A stretch of DNA of 64,000 nucleotides from Enterobacter phage EC-F2: sequence record MN508624.2; one strand, 5' to 3'. Position 1 is the stretch's first letter. Each line of letters begins with the position of its first letter. The notes below the pieces were generated by a model. The model had not been told where the DNA came from. It saw nothing but the letters and a program-made list of their open reading frames with translations, and ran no database searches. This document shows, one piece after another, positions 26,138 to 34,565 of the stretch. The position numbers and the translations under genes are program-made.

Positions 26138-26607
26138 TACATACCCAAACGGATAATATGGATATATGGGAACGGGTGAAGATGACTTGAACGCATACAC
26201 AAGGTCAGCGTTTTTGCCAGTTCAAACCGTTCGTCGATCGTCGTGTCACATTCATCGAAAATCAGGTTGATTGCCTGATACTTGATCGTTTGTCCACGGA
26301 AAATGGTATTCAGATCTTGTTTTTTCGACAGAATGAAAGACGAATCATCGCCCTTATCCAGTCCATGTTCTGTCGCAGCACAAATACCCATTTGCTTTGT
26401 CGGTGCAACGTAGATATTCAGTGTCCCTTTCGACTGCTTGATGATATCGAAAGCTGCTTTGGTTTTACCCGACATCCGGCCCATATCCAGCGCAGTTTCG
26501 AAAATAGACACACCGCCGCATTCTTGCCCCCAACGCCCATCAATGATTCGCGCAAGGTGCAGGTTACGTGACTGCTTTACAGCGTCAACATAGAATTGTG
26601 AAATCAT
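26137..26607 (-). CDS. P-loop ATPase fragment (Walker A, SF1-helicase-like motif Ia, Walker B; then frame decays), possibly a truncated gene
   Basis: GRMSGKTKA is Walker A, YVAPTKQMG resembles SF1 motif Ia (compare Dda AAPTHAA) and LIFDECD is Walker B. The ORF terminates about 20 aa later, inside the start region of the HNH gene. Confidence 0.35.
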   Translation of the reverse strand: MISQFYVDAVKQSRNLHLARIIDGRWGQECGGVSIFETALDMGRMSGKTKAAFDIIKQSKGTLNIYVAPTKQMGICAATEHGLDKGDDSSFILSKKQDLNTIFRGQTIKYQAINLIFDECDTTIDERFELAKTLTLCMRSSHLHPFPYIHIIRLGM

Positions 26608-26616
26608 GTTGTCGCC

Positions 26617-27012
26617 TTATGCAAGTTCAACGTGTGGTGCGTCGATAAATTTCGTTTCAATAGGAAGATTTGGATCGTTCTTCCAGTTGATACCGTAACG
26701 CAGTTTTACACCCTGTTCATCAGCGGCTTGTTTCACTGCATTCAGGACAGGCAACCACACTTTCGGGTTAGTCTGCCAGCCAGCAGGGAGAACGCTAGGA
26801 TACAGATCCACAGCATCACCAGTGATGTGTTTTGAGTTCATGGTCTGGGAAACACCCTTGCGGACGTTCTCGCGCTGTTGCTCTACGGTGCGCAAACCTT
26901 CGCGTACACCAAAATCAACAGGTGAGAGTTCCAGAGCACGTTTTACTACCTTAACCAGTTCCGGCTTCACGCCTTGCAGGTTGTTCAGGCTTTTCTGACT
27001 AAATTTAAACAT
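26617..27012 (-). CDS. peptidase M15 family (L-Ala-D-Glu / D-Ala-D-Ala type) - candidate endolysin
   Basis: SKHITGDAVDL is the SxHxxGxAxD zinc-binding motif of LAS/M15 peptidases. A downstream DAPHVEL supplies the second His. Confidence 0.6.
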   Translation of the reverse strand: MFKFSQKSLNNLQGVKPELVKVVKRALELSPVDFGVREGLRTVEQQRENVRKGVSQTMNSKHITGDAVDLYPSVLPAGWQTNPKVWLPVLNAVKQAADEQGVKLRYGINWKNDPNLPIETKFIDAPHVELA

Positions 27013-27082
27013 ACATACCTCTATTATGAAAATACCCTATATGGGCTACACAGGGTATTTACGGTTTAAGAGGCGCAACGTT

Positions 27083-27508
27083 TTACATGTAACCCCAAAT
27101 TGCATCTTCCGCGCGATCGCGTTTCCAGCGAATCGTCATTTCAACACTCTCCTGTTTGTCATCAGGAGGAAGTTTATCATTATTGATTTGTTCAATATAT
27201 GCTTGCGCATCTGCTTCGCTACGGAACAACGCATGGAAATTATAATGGTTGCGCCCAGTTACGTTACGATCATCCAGAGAGAATTGACCTTTATTTTCCC
27301 AATCATCATACACAGTGATTCCGTTAACAAACAGCCCCAGCCCACGATGTTCACGCGGGAAGCCAGTGATGATATGTTTTCGACCCATCTGTGCCTTTTC
27401 ACCAGTGATACTGATTACTTCGTACAGGATTGCGCCAGGTTTGATATCTTTCAGGACAGCACGTTTTTCAAAAGCGTTCATAATGTATTCCTCACAATTA
27501 GTTTTCAT
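27083..27508 (-). CDS. hypothetical protein (141 aa)
   Basis: ORF only. Confidence 0.35.
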   Translation of the reverse strand: MKTNCEEYIMNAFEKRAVLKDIKPGAILYEVISITGEKAQMGRKHIITGFPREHRGLGLFVNGITVYDDWENKGQFSLDDRNVTGRNHYNFHALFRSEADAQAYIEQINNDKLPPDDKQESVEMTIRWKRDRAEDAIWGYM

Positions 27509-27536
27509 ATACAGATTACCACAATCTGTTTTGATG

Positions 27537-27857
27537 TCAACAAGGTTTATCGTTTTTATTTGGGAAAGTTAGCGTAAACAGGCGATCGTGTAATGCCTCG
27601 ATCCGGTCATACGCTTGTTTCAGGATCGTCTTATCTTCTGGGTTCGTTGTCTCGATGCAGATCAGTTCGTCCGAGTCGATAGCGATCACATCATCCATCA
27701 GTGAAGCGAATACGTTCACGTCAGGGTGAGTCAATTCCTTTATCTCCGCTTCCATCCCGTCATGCTGGGATAACAGTTCGATGATATCGCGCTGTAAATC
27801 TCCCTGGTACGGGAATCCGGTTTGAAGATGGTTGATAATTCTTTCTGCTTTGGTCAT
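27537..27857 (-). CDS. hypothetical protein (106 aa)
   Basis: ORF lying after the hairpin at 27864-27890. Confidence 0.35.
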   Translation of the reverse strand: MTKAERIINHLQTGFPYQGDLQRDIIELLSQHDGMEAEIKELTHPDVNVFASLMDDVIAIDSDELICIETTNPEDKTILKQAYDRIEALHDRLFTLTFPNKNDKPC

Positions 27858-27863
27858 ATTTCA

Positions 27864-27890
27864 CCTACAAAAAAGCCCCTTTCGGGGCTG
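27864..27890 (-). terminator. terminator hairpin AAAAAAGCCCCTTTCGGGGCTGGG
   Basis: GC stem with a TTCG-type loop. Confidence 0.5.
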
Positions 27891-27893
27891 GGA

Positions 27894-28157
27894 TTAAATG
27901 TCTTTGCACTGGCAAACACCGTATTTGGTGAAAGGCTTGTCACCGCTCAGGTAAGACCAGAAATCGCAAGCCTGTTCAGCGGTTTCGAAGATTGCAGCAT
28001 CATAGAAGCCGTGTTCTTCGTTACCATCTTTATTGAGGAACACAGGAAGCCAGCTTTGCGGTTTGAAGCAGTCAGTAACAACTACCCAACCTTCTTTCGC
28101 TTTCATTGCTTCTTTGTTCGCTTCAACCATTTCCAGCATTTCGTTCAGTAAGTTCAT
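27894..28157 (-). CDS. hypothetical protein (87 aa)
   Basis: ORF only. Confidence 0.35.
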   Translation of the reverse strand: MNLLNEMLEMVEANKEAMKAKEGWVVVTDCFKPQSWLPVFLNKDGNEEHGFYDAAIFETAEQACDFWSYLSGDKPFTKYGVCQCKDI

Positions 28158-28229
28158 TTTAATCCCCTTGTTTATCTGTTTCGTTGTCTACGAGAGAGAT
28201 ATTACCACAACGGGGATTAGTGTCAACAG

Positions 28230-28493
28230 TTATTCGAAACGAATTGTGCTATTTTTGAAAAACATTCCAGAGCACACAGATCCTTTGATCTGCTTGCCGT
28301 TCACACCAGTTGCTTCGAATCCGGTTGAATATGTGTCTTTTTCGGAACACGCAAACCACTTGTAACCCGTGAACTGGATGTTCGTATAACCCTGTGCTTC
28401 CAGGATACGCTGTGCTTCTTTCTCGTCAGTACAGCTTGACTGCAAGAGCACAACAACGGCAACCATCAAAATACACACAACAATTTTCCACAT
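28230..28493 (-). CDS. small secreted or lipoprotein-like protein (87 aa)
   Basis: A hydrophobic leader MWKIVVCILMVAVVVLLQSSC is followed by Cys. The protein has four Cys. Confidence 0.4.
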   Translation of the reverse strand: MWKIVVCILMVAVVVLLQSSCTDEKEAQRILEAQGYTNIQFTGYKWFACSEKDTYSTGFEATGVNGKQIKGSVCSGMFFKNSTIRFE

Positions 28494-28496
28494 AAT

Positions 28497-28922
28497 TTAT
28501 ACTCTTTTAAGGTTAGTTTTGCTGGCTTCGATCCAGCTTACTTGGTTAGATCCAATATCACCCAGACATACAGTTGTATGACTAAATGTGTTCGGTAAAG
28601 AAACACCATCAGGAGATAACAACAAATCATGTACACTTACGCTGGTTGCATACAAATAACCACCGGACGTATACAGTGTTTTTATGAAATCATATGAATC
28701 GTTGGGCCACTTGAAACGGTATTTCTGGTTCCAGAGTTCAACTTCATGCACATCATATTCATCGAACAGGGGATCGTTGCCCTTTGTCGCTTCGTAAAGC
28801 GCACCGCGCCATTCAACTAAATCCGCTTCGATATCACTTACACAAAACTCTTCTTTTGCGCTCAGTTTATCAAGCATCATTTCAATAGTGCGGATAGCCA
28901 TGCTTAATTCACGATCGAGTTT
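28497..28922 (-). CDS. hypothetical protein (start probably MKLDRELS)
   Basis: ORF. The longer N-terminal extension overlaps the upstream gene. Confidence 0.35.
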   Translation of the reverse strand, partial: KLDRELSMAIRTIEMMLDKLSAKEEFCVSDIEADLVEWRGALYEATKGNDPLFDEYDVHEVELWNQKYRFKWPNDSYDFIKTLYTSGGYLYATSVSVHDLLLSPDGVSLPNTFSHTTVCLGDIGSNQVSWIEASKTNLKRV

Positions 28923-29335
28923 CATACAATACCCTCTTCTTCGAGCACTTCCCAGATCAGGCGATCCAGGTGCATCAGGTTCCACATAACGGAGTCATAC
29001 GAACCCAGCGAGCGGGAGTAAATCACTCCCCATGAACGATAAGCCTTTTGGAATGATTCAGCACTGTTTTCATCGTGCGGCATATCGTCACCCGAAGCGA
29101 TCAGCAGTTTCAGAACCATCAGGCTATTAAGCGCCTTTGGCGTGAATTCTTGTTCGCTTAACTTCATCGCGTAGCGTTCGATGATCGCGATTGACTTCGG
29201 ATCTTTAATACGCCCATCTGTACGGCGCGTTTTAAACGCGCTCATTAATTCATCGACTACGGCGATACACTTCATATGCTTCATCCTTTTCCTGTGCAGA
29301 CATCCGATTATAGCGGATCTCTTCGCGCTGTTCAA
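28922..29335 (-). CDS. hypothetical protein (137 aa)
   Basis: ORF only. Confidence 0.35.
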   Translation of the reverse strand: MNSAKRSAIIGCLHRKRMKHMKCIAVVDELMSAFKTRRTDGRIKDPKSIAIIERYAMKLSEQEFTPKALNSLMVLKLLIASGDDMPHDENSAESFQKAYRSWGVIYSRSLGSYDSVMWNLMHLDRLIWEVLEEEGIV

Positions 29336-29630
29336 CTTCTCTCACGGCTTCGGCTTTCTTCTCAGCAGTGAGTATGTGATGAACTACAGCGTTTCGGATT
29401 CCCCAGAGATATTCAATCATCTGCATATCTTCAACGGTGTGATAACCTTTCGCATCACATTCAAATACAATTTCATCGCGTTCTGTCATTGCTAACTGTG
29501 CAGTAGAAGGACAAATAACCATTCCAGAGTATTTTTCAATCAACGATTCCAGTGTACGCGGTTTTGCTGGAATGTCAATAGATACCGGAACCATTCGCAT
29601 CGTTGAATCGTTATGGGATTGATAAATCAT
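29250..29630 (-). CDS. hypothetical protein (126 aa; 5' overlap with neighbour, start uncertain)
   Basis: ORF only. Confidence 0.3.
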   Translation of the reverse strand: MIYQSHNDSTMRMVPVSIDIPAKPRTLESLIEKYSGMVICPSTAQLAMTERDEIVFECDAKGYHTVEDMQMIEYLWGIRNAVVHHILTAEKKAEAVREVEQREEIRYNRMSAQEKDEAYEVYRRSR

Positions 29631-29923
29631 CAGTAAGTAATCTCCGCAAACTGCATTCTACGCTCAATCGCATGGATAGCGTTATCACGCTGTTCTTTGT
29701 TTTCATATCCAGCCCAGGTAATCGGGGTTGAACAGATCAGGTGAAAAGTGATTGCTGGGTGTCTCTTCCCTTCAACAACGATTGTTGCATCATCTTCGAT
29801 CCAGGTTACGTGATCCAGATTCACCGGATAGTTTCTTACGGTAACAGATTCACCAACCAAAGGCGACACGTCCAGAATATCACGATCGCTGACATATGAT
29901 TTAATACGAGATACGATTAACAT
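29630..29923 (-). CDS. hypothetical protein (97 aa)
   Basis: ORF only. Confidence 0.35.
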   Translation of the reverse strand: MLIVSRIKSYVSDRDILDVSPLVGESVTVRNYPVNLDHVTWIEDDATIVVEGKRHPAITFHLICSTPITWAGYENKEQRDNAIHAIERRMQFAEITY

Positions 29924-31074
29924 TATTTTAACTCCACTGCATATACATCGGTTTCAGGGGCTTTGTGTACGCGCATATCTTTACCACATACCGCATAAGC
30001 CGGACAGTTACGGCAACCGTTATGATCCTTGTTGCCCGTCAGTTCTTTACGGAACTGTTTTGTTTTCGGGTGTTCCCAGATATCCTTCACAAAATCTTCG
30101 GCTTCCAGAACATCCAGACCTTCTTCCCAGCCACCTTCAACCCAGCGTTCGGTAAACGAGCAAGGGAAGAACTGACCACGTTCGTTGATATAAGAGCTAA
30201 ACATCGTCGCTTCACAGTCTTCGGCGTATTGCTTGTACTGTTCGAAGTTCGGGTGTCCCTCCATCGCTTCAACGAAAGCGGGGGCTGAACAGCTATCGAA
30301 TCCAAATCCTACACCAGAATCGAGGCAATATTCAACAAGTTTTTTATATTGTTCGCGGGTAACGGTGTCCCAGTTCTTACCGCGTCCTTTTTGTTTCAGT
30401 CCCAGGAACACGATCGCGTTGACTTGTTTCAGGCGCGGATCATTCTTCACGGCATCAACCACGTTAAACGCATCATCATAGGTTTTCGAGCTAACCATGA
30501 AGTGAAGGTTGATTTGCTGTTGTCCGGCTTCTGTCAGGTTCGCTACTGAGTCGAAAGCGACATCAAAACCAGCGTGTTTATAAACCGATACCGCAACAGC
30601 CCCAGCAACCGCCGCTAAACGCGCTGCAACGTCTTTTGATACGTCAGCAATGGTAAGGTTCGGCACAATGCCTTTAGAACGCGCATACGCCATCATATCG
30701 AACATATCGGGGTTTGTTTGCCCCTGTGCATCAGCACCGAGTGCGCATTGAGTAAGCCAGGGCATTTTGTCGATGATTTTTTTGAAGTTGGCAAGATCCA
30801 TGTTGAACCCGTTCGGGTTATTGGACTTGTAGCAGAACCCGCAGAGTTTACCCGCTGGACCGTTGCATTTGGTAGTGATCTCGATATCGAGAATTTCGGG
30901 GAATGGTGCGTATTCTGGATCGTGGGAATATGTTGCACCCCAGCGAGCGAATTCACCAGTATCAACGTTGAAATTATAGTTGTAGAACTTCGAGCGAGCG
31001 AAGCGCATATTGCCGTGTTGATAGATGAACAGGGACGGCGCTTTGATGCTGGTAACGATATCGACAGTTTTCAT
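29923..31074 (-). CDS. Cys-rich putative Fe-S / radical-SAM-like protein (about 383 aa from MKTVDIVTS)
   Basis: LDIEITTKCNGPAGKLCGFCY is a Cx7Cx2C cluster in the sequence context typical of radical-SAM cores. A second C-terminal cluster reads CRNCPAYAVC. Confidence 0.35.
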   Translation of the reverse strand: MKTVDIVTSIKAPSLFIYQHGNMRFARSKFYNYNFNVDTGEFARWGATYSHDPEYAPFPEILDIEITTKCNGPAGKLCGFCYKSNNPNGFNMDLANFKKIIDKMPWLTQCALGADAQGQTNPDMFDMMAYARSKGIVPNLTIADVSKDVAARLAAVAGAVAVSVYKHAGFDVAFDSVANLTEAGQQQINLHFMVSSKTYDDAFNVVDAVKNDPRLKQVNAIVFLGLKQKGRGKNWDTVTREQYKKLVEYCLDSGVGFGFDSCSAPAFVEAMEGHPNFEQYKQYAEDCEATMFSSYINERGQFFPCSFTERWVEGGWEEGLDVLEAEDFVKDIWEHPKTKQFRKELTGNKDHNGCRNCPAYAVCGKDMRVHKAPETDVYAVELK

Positions 31075-31084
31075 AATATAATTC

Positions 31085-31291
31085 TCAAAATTTAACATGG
31101 GATTGGAAGACAGCGCGAGCAAGGCTTTCATTGTCGAACGGTATCGACTGGTGTTTCTCTTTGCTGTCAATGTTAACGCGCCAGAACTCACTCGAACCGT
31201 TTTTGGTGGAGTAATGCATCAGCGTTACCGTTTTATTCTTTTCCAGGAAAGTACGTTTGTCAATCTCTGTTTTGATTTCGTGCTGCATCAT
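31085..31291 (-). CDS. hypothetical protein (68 aa)
   Basis: ORF only. Confidence 0.3.
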   Translation of the reverse strand: MMQHEIKTEIDKRTFLEKNKTVTLMHYSTKNGSSEFWRVNIDSKEKHQSIPFDNESLARAVFQSHVKF

Positions 31292-31548
31292 TTTACACTC
31301 CGTTTCAGTTTACGTTCGTCAGCCAGTTCTTTTTTGTACAGTTTAATGTACTTCCCGTTAAGGGTGCGAAGCTGTTGGAAAACCTTGTTGCACAAAGCAC
31401 GTTTCGCTTTGTATTCCGGCGTATTGCGGATTGATTCGATCGTCATACCCATTTCGTTTTTAGGGTAAGCGCTTAACTCCGCGCCGATCTCTCTGTACCA
31501 GTTGCTTAACTGATCACGCTGTGCTTTGTACTCTTCAAAAGTTAACAT
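31288..31548 (-). CDS. hypothetical basic protein (86 aa)
   Basis: ORF only. Confidence 0.35.
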   Translation of the reverse strand: MLTFEEYKAQRDQLSNWYREIGAELSAYPKNEMGMTIESIRNTPEYKAKRALCNKVFQQLRTLNGKYIKLYKKELADERKLKRSVK

Positions 31549-31690
31549 TATAACTGATCTCCGTAATCTTTCGCTGCATCTTCGGGGGTTGCATCCAGTC
31601 GGTAAAGCTCAACGGCTAACGGACTGGGTTTGATTTCGCGGTTCAGGATCTCACTGATACCGCGAAGGAATTCGATATAAGGACGGAATC

Positions 31691-31942
31691 TCATTTGATA
31701 CGTACCGCGTTAAAAGCCTGGTTGCGCAGTTCATAAGCCTGTTCAAGCTGTTCAGTAGTGAACAGAGGGCTATCGGTATTAGTGGTGAAACTACAAATGG
31801 TTTTGTTGTCGGCGTTGACTTCTTCAACAACGATTTCATAACCCCATGCCCCACTGTACTCACATTTCACGTTCCGGTACTTGATGTAAACTGCTGCAAC
31901 ATCTTCTTTTTTGTAGTTCCGGCTTTTGTAGATGATTTCCAT
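31691..31942 (-). CDS. hypothetical protein (83 aa)
   Basis: Preceded by a PeSL-like leader CACACATCGAAACGAAGGAGGAAATC. Confidence 0.4.
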   Translation of the reverse strand: MEIIYKSRNYKKEDVAAVYIKYRNVKCEYSGAWGYEIVVEEVNADNKTICSFTTNTDSPLFTTEQLEQAYELRNQAFNAVRIK

Positions 31943-31996
31943 GATTTCCTCCTTCGTTTCGATGTGTGTACAATAACAGATCAGGGTTATGGAGTT

Positions 31997-32170
31997 TTAG
32001 CAATTCGTGCTAATTACAGTAGCATTTCCATTTGCAACAGAACGCTCCAGGGATTCGGCGGTAACAGTGAATTCAGGGAACCATTGACCGATATTGCTTG
32101 ACCACCACCAGACATTCACGCCGTCAGTTTTGAATTCGATGTTCAGGTAGTTACTGAAAATATGTTTCAT
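31997..32170 (-). CDS. hypothetical Trp-rich protein (start MKHIFSNY)
   Basis: ORF. The internal start is preferred. Confidence 0.3.
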   Translation of the reverse strand: MKHIFSNYLNIEFKTDGVNVWWWSSNIGQWFPEFTVTAESLERSVANGNATVISTNC

Positions 32171-32180
32171 GTTATTCCCC

Positions 32181-32459
32181 TTATGCCATTTTCTTAGCGA
32201 TTTTCCATGCGGCTTTGAACGCTGGAACATCTTCAACATCAACCCAGAAACCAGAACCGAAACCATCGTTGTAGCAAGGGCAACCGTCGCAGTAGTTTTC
32301 CCAGGTCATCACTTTACCACCAACAGAAGCACCAGTTTCCATCGCACGTAATGCATCTTCAACTTTTTCCAGTTTTTCTGCATTGTCGTCATAAATGATG
32401 AAGTACCATTTGCCGTTGTATTCGTTACCCAGTTTGATTGCTTCGCGAACAAGTTTCAT
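32181..32459 (-). CDS. hypothetical protein (93 aa, MKLVREAIKLG...)
   Basis: The ATG at 32459 follows the conserved leader CAGAGAAAGGAAAACATC. The upstream in-frame extension would enter the hairpin. Confidence 0.45.
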   Translation of the reverse strand: MKLVREAIKLGNEYNGKWYFIIYDDNAEKLEKVEDALRAMETGASVGGKVMTWENYCDGCPCYNDGFGSGFWVDVEDVPAFKAAWKIAKKMA

Positions 32460-32535
32460 GATGTTTTCCTTTCTCTGTTTCGTTTCGATGTGTGTAATAT
32501 AACAAAAGCCCCTGGCGGTTGCAAGGGGCTTTTTA
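32460..32535 (-). promoter_or_regulatory. PeSL-type cassette #4
   Basis: Read on the minus strand: AAAAAGCCCCTTGCAACCGCCAGGGGCTTTTGTTATATTACACACATCGAAACGAAACAGAGAAAGGAAAACATC. The -35 TTGCAA, a 17-nt spacer and the -10 TATATT are present. Confidence 0.55.
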
Positions 32536-32546
32536 AACAAAAAGTG

Positions 32547-32792
32547 CTATTTTGTTTCTTCGAGGATTCGAAGGATTTCGGCGCGGGTGATTGGATGTTT
32601 TGCCAGCTCACGGATCGCGTGGTCAACGTGTATCTTACACATCAAAAACTTCTCCCCGCACTTGTCGCATGTTGCATACATATCGCCATGTATACGCCCG
32701 ATTGCATCAGTCACCCAATAACGCATCCATGCATAAGGAGTTCCCCGCATCCATCCGGTAGCAACATGATTGCATTTACGTTTACCGAACAT
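32547..32792 (-). CDS. hypothetical Cys/His-containing protein (81 aa)
   Basis: ORF with CDKCG and CKIHVDH. Confidence 0.35.
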   Translation of the reverse strand: MFGKRKCNHVATGWMRGTPYAWMRYWVTDAIGRIHGDMYATCDKCGEKFLMCKIHVDHAIRELAKHPITRAEILRILEETK

Positions 32793-32793
32793 A

Positions 32794-33396
32794 TCACCAC
32801 CCGTTAGGATTGCGGAAATGGGTTTGCCAGTAGCGCAGTTGTTCGCGGTTCATGTTTTGGTTATCAATCACCATACCCTGAATCATCTGCAACATCATGC
32901 GGGTTTGATTGACATCCTCCAGGCTCGCTATACGCTGTTTTAAGGCTTTGTTTTCCTCTTCTAACTCAACCATACGGTTGTATGCGTTGACGCGCTCCAG
33001 AGGCATATCAGGGCGCTCTTTGAGGACACGGGCGCGGGATACTTCGCATTCGTGATTTGCTTTCCAGTGCGCGGCTTCTGATTCTGCTTTTTGCTTGTCT
33101 CGAAGCGCGAGTGACAGATCGCTAACCAGATCCAGAACCGTTTGCGGATCTACGGTTTCCAGATATTTTCCGAGACCCTCTTCCCAGCTTTTAATCTGTG
33201 TAGGGCTGTCGCCATATGGAACACCATATGAGAACGCGCGTTTATACTCTTTGCCCCTGAAACCATATTCCTGATTTCCCTGGATGCTCATATTTTCAAC
33301 GAGAGTCCACTTACTACCCATCATAGAAGAAATCGAACGGGCTGATTTTTCAATTTCTTCAAGTTTTTCACTTGTTACTTTCATTTTGTACTCCAC
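32794..33396 (-). CDS. hypothetical coiled-coil protein (200 aa)
   Basis: ORF with heptad-rich stretches. Confidence 0.4.
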   Translation of the reverse strand: MEYKMKVTSEKLEEIEKSARSISSMMGSKWTLVENMSIQGNQEYGFRGKEYKRAFSYGVPYGDSPTQIKSWEEGLGKYLETVDPQTVLDLVSDLSLALRDKQKAESEAAHWKANHECEVSRARVLKERPDMPLERVNAYNRMVELEEENKALKQRIASLEDVNQTRMMLQMIQGMVIDNQNMNREQLRYWQTHFRNPNGW

Positions 33397-33797
33397 AAAT
33401 CATATTGTGCGCGAAGGATAGCGTAAAGGCTACCGATATTGATTGAATCGACCGGACACTGGAACAAATCAGAGCGCATCATATTGAACTCAATATTGTT
33501 CTGTTCAACGAAGTTACCGATCATTGATGTCCAGCCCATCACCAGGTTATATCCGTCTTCGGATAACCCGTAAGCTAGGTTAACCCTGATACAACGCTTA
33601 TCAGCCAGTTCTACGCTGATACAGTTACTTGAATGCATGGAATTGCATGGGAATTTGCTAGGAAACTTACGGAACATCTGGGTAAGGAGTTTAGCCGTTT
33701 CAATGTTGATTGCGCGTTCCTGATCCCTTTGCGCCTGGTTGTCATGACGGCGATTCAGATACTTTTCCATTTTTGGGTTGAGATTCACATGTTGCAT
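33381..33797 (-). CDS. hypothetical protein (138 aa)
   Basis: ORF only. Confidence 0.35.
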   Translation of the reverse strand: MQHVNLNPKMEKYLNRRHDNQAQRDQERAINIETAKLLTQMFRKFPSKFPCNSMHSSNCISVELADKRCIRVNLAYGLSEDGYNLVMGWTSMIGNFVEQNNIEFNMMRSDLFQCPVDSINIGSLYAILRAQYDLWSTK

Positions 33798-34006
33798 AAT
33801 ATATTCCTCACAGGTTTAAAGCGTTCTTTTCCGGTTCCATTACATGAACTGCATTTCGGAGATCGGTCGCTATCATATCGCCCCGATCCGTTACATGCAA
33901 CACATTTCCGTAATTTCCAGCCATACACGAACCGCATGTAATAATCGGTTCGTGCGGCCTTGCGTTCGTGGAAGTTCATACTTTGTTGTAAACCTGAACC
34001 AGCCAC
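33785..34006 (-). CDS. small protein with DnaJ-type CxxCxGxG zinc-finger repeats
   Basis: CVACNGSG and CSSCNGTG form two CxxCxGxG repeats. Confidence 0.4.
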   Translation of the reverse strand: MAGSGLQQSMNFHERKAARTDYYMRFVYGWKLRKCVACNGSGRYDSDRSPKCSSCNGTGKERFKPVRNILCNM

Positions 34007-34179
34007 ATTTCGATGTTCGGCGCGTAAGTAACGTTTACCATCGGCATAGTGCGGTATTTGTAAGCGGCTTTGTATGCTTCCAGTTCGGTCGCAACACAGA
34101 AAGAGAAACCGTTGTCATAACGTTCGGCGTTAGCAACTTCACAACCAACAACAGCAGCAATGTTTTTGTTCATGTTCAT
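33976..34179 (-). CDS. hypothetical protein (67 aa)
   Basis: First ORF downstream of PeSL #5. Its leader is AGAGAAAGGAAAATCATC. Confidence 0.4.
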   Translation of the reverse strand: MNMNKNIAAVVGCEVANAERYDNGFSFCVATELEAYKAAYKYRTMPMVNVTYAPNIEMWLVQVYNKV

Positions 34180-34255
34180 GATGATTTTCCTTTCTCTGTT
34201 TCGTTTCGATGTGTGTAATATAACAAAGCCCCTGCATTACTGCAAGGGCTTTTTT
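34180..34255 (-). promoter_or_regulatory. PeSL-type cassette #5
   Basis: Read on the minus strand: AAAAAAGCCCTTGCAGTAATGCAGGGGCTTTGTTATATTACACACATCGAAACGAAACAGAGAAAGGAAAATCATC. The -35 TTGCAG, a 17-nt spacer and the -10 TATATT are present. Confidence 0.55.
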
Positions 34256-34259
34256 GATA

Positions 34260-34565
34260 TTATTCGAAATTTTCCGGCAATTGATCTACAAGTGCTTGAG
34301 TTTGATGAAGTTCTTCACTCAATTTATCGCGATAATGAACCAGTTCGCGGGTTCTTGCCGCTGAATAGCTAATGATTTTATCAGCAGTAGCGGTGTACCC
34401 GTAGCCGGAACACGCAATTTCCAGCTTTGCATTATCACCGTTAGGTACGCGGATATGAGCATAACCAAGCAGGTTTTTAACCGCTTGCAACAGGTCATGA
34501 TCTTCTTTACCGATGATAAACTGGTTTGGTTCTACTGAATCAATAAGTTCTTCGTCTTTGTTCAT
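34260..34565 (-). CDS. hypothetical protein (101 aa)
   Basis: ORF only. Confidence 0.35.
   Translation of the reverse strand: MNKDEELIDSVEPNQFIIGKEDHDLLQAVKNLLGYAHIRVPNGDNAKLEIACSGYGYTATADKIISYSAARTRELVHYRDKLSEELHQTQALVDQLPENFE

Noticed and set aside
31943-31996. A seventh PeSL cassette.
   Set aside because: Only the conserved leader (TGTACACACATCGAAACGAAGGAGGAAATC) is present. There is no GC stem-loop, and the candidate -35/-10 spacing is about 22 nt. It is recorded as a degenerate remnant, not a full cassette.
32460-32540. The N-terminal extension of ORF 32181-32540 (MFKKPLATARGFCYITHIETKQRKENI...).
   Set aside because: The extension would be translated through the PeSL hairpin and leader. 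The internal ATG at 32459 sits exactly where the conserved leader places the start in the other cassettes.
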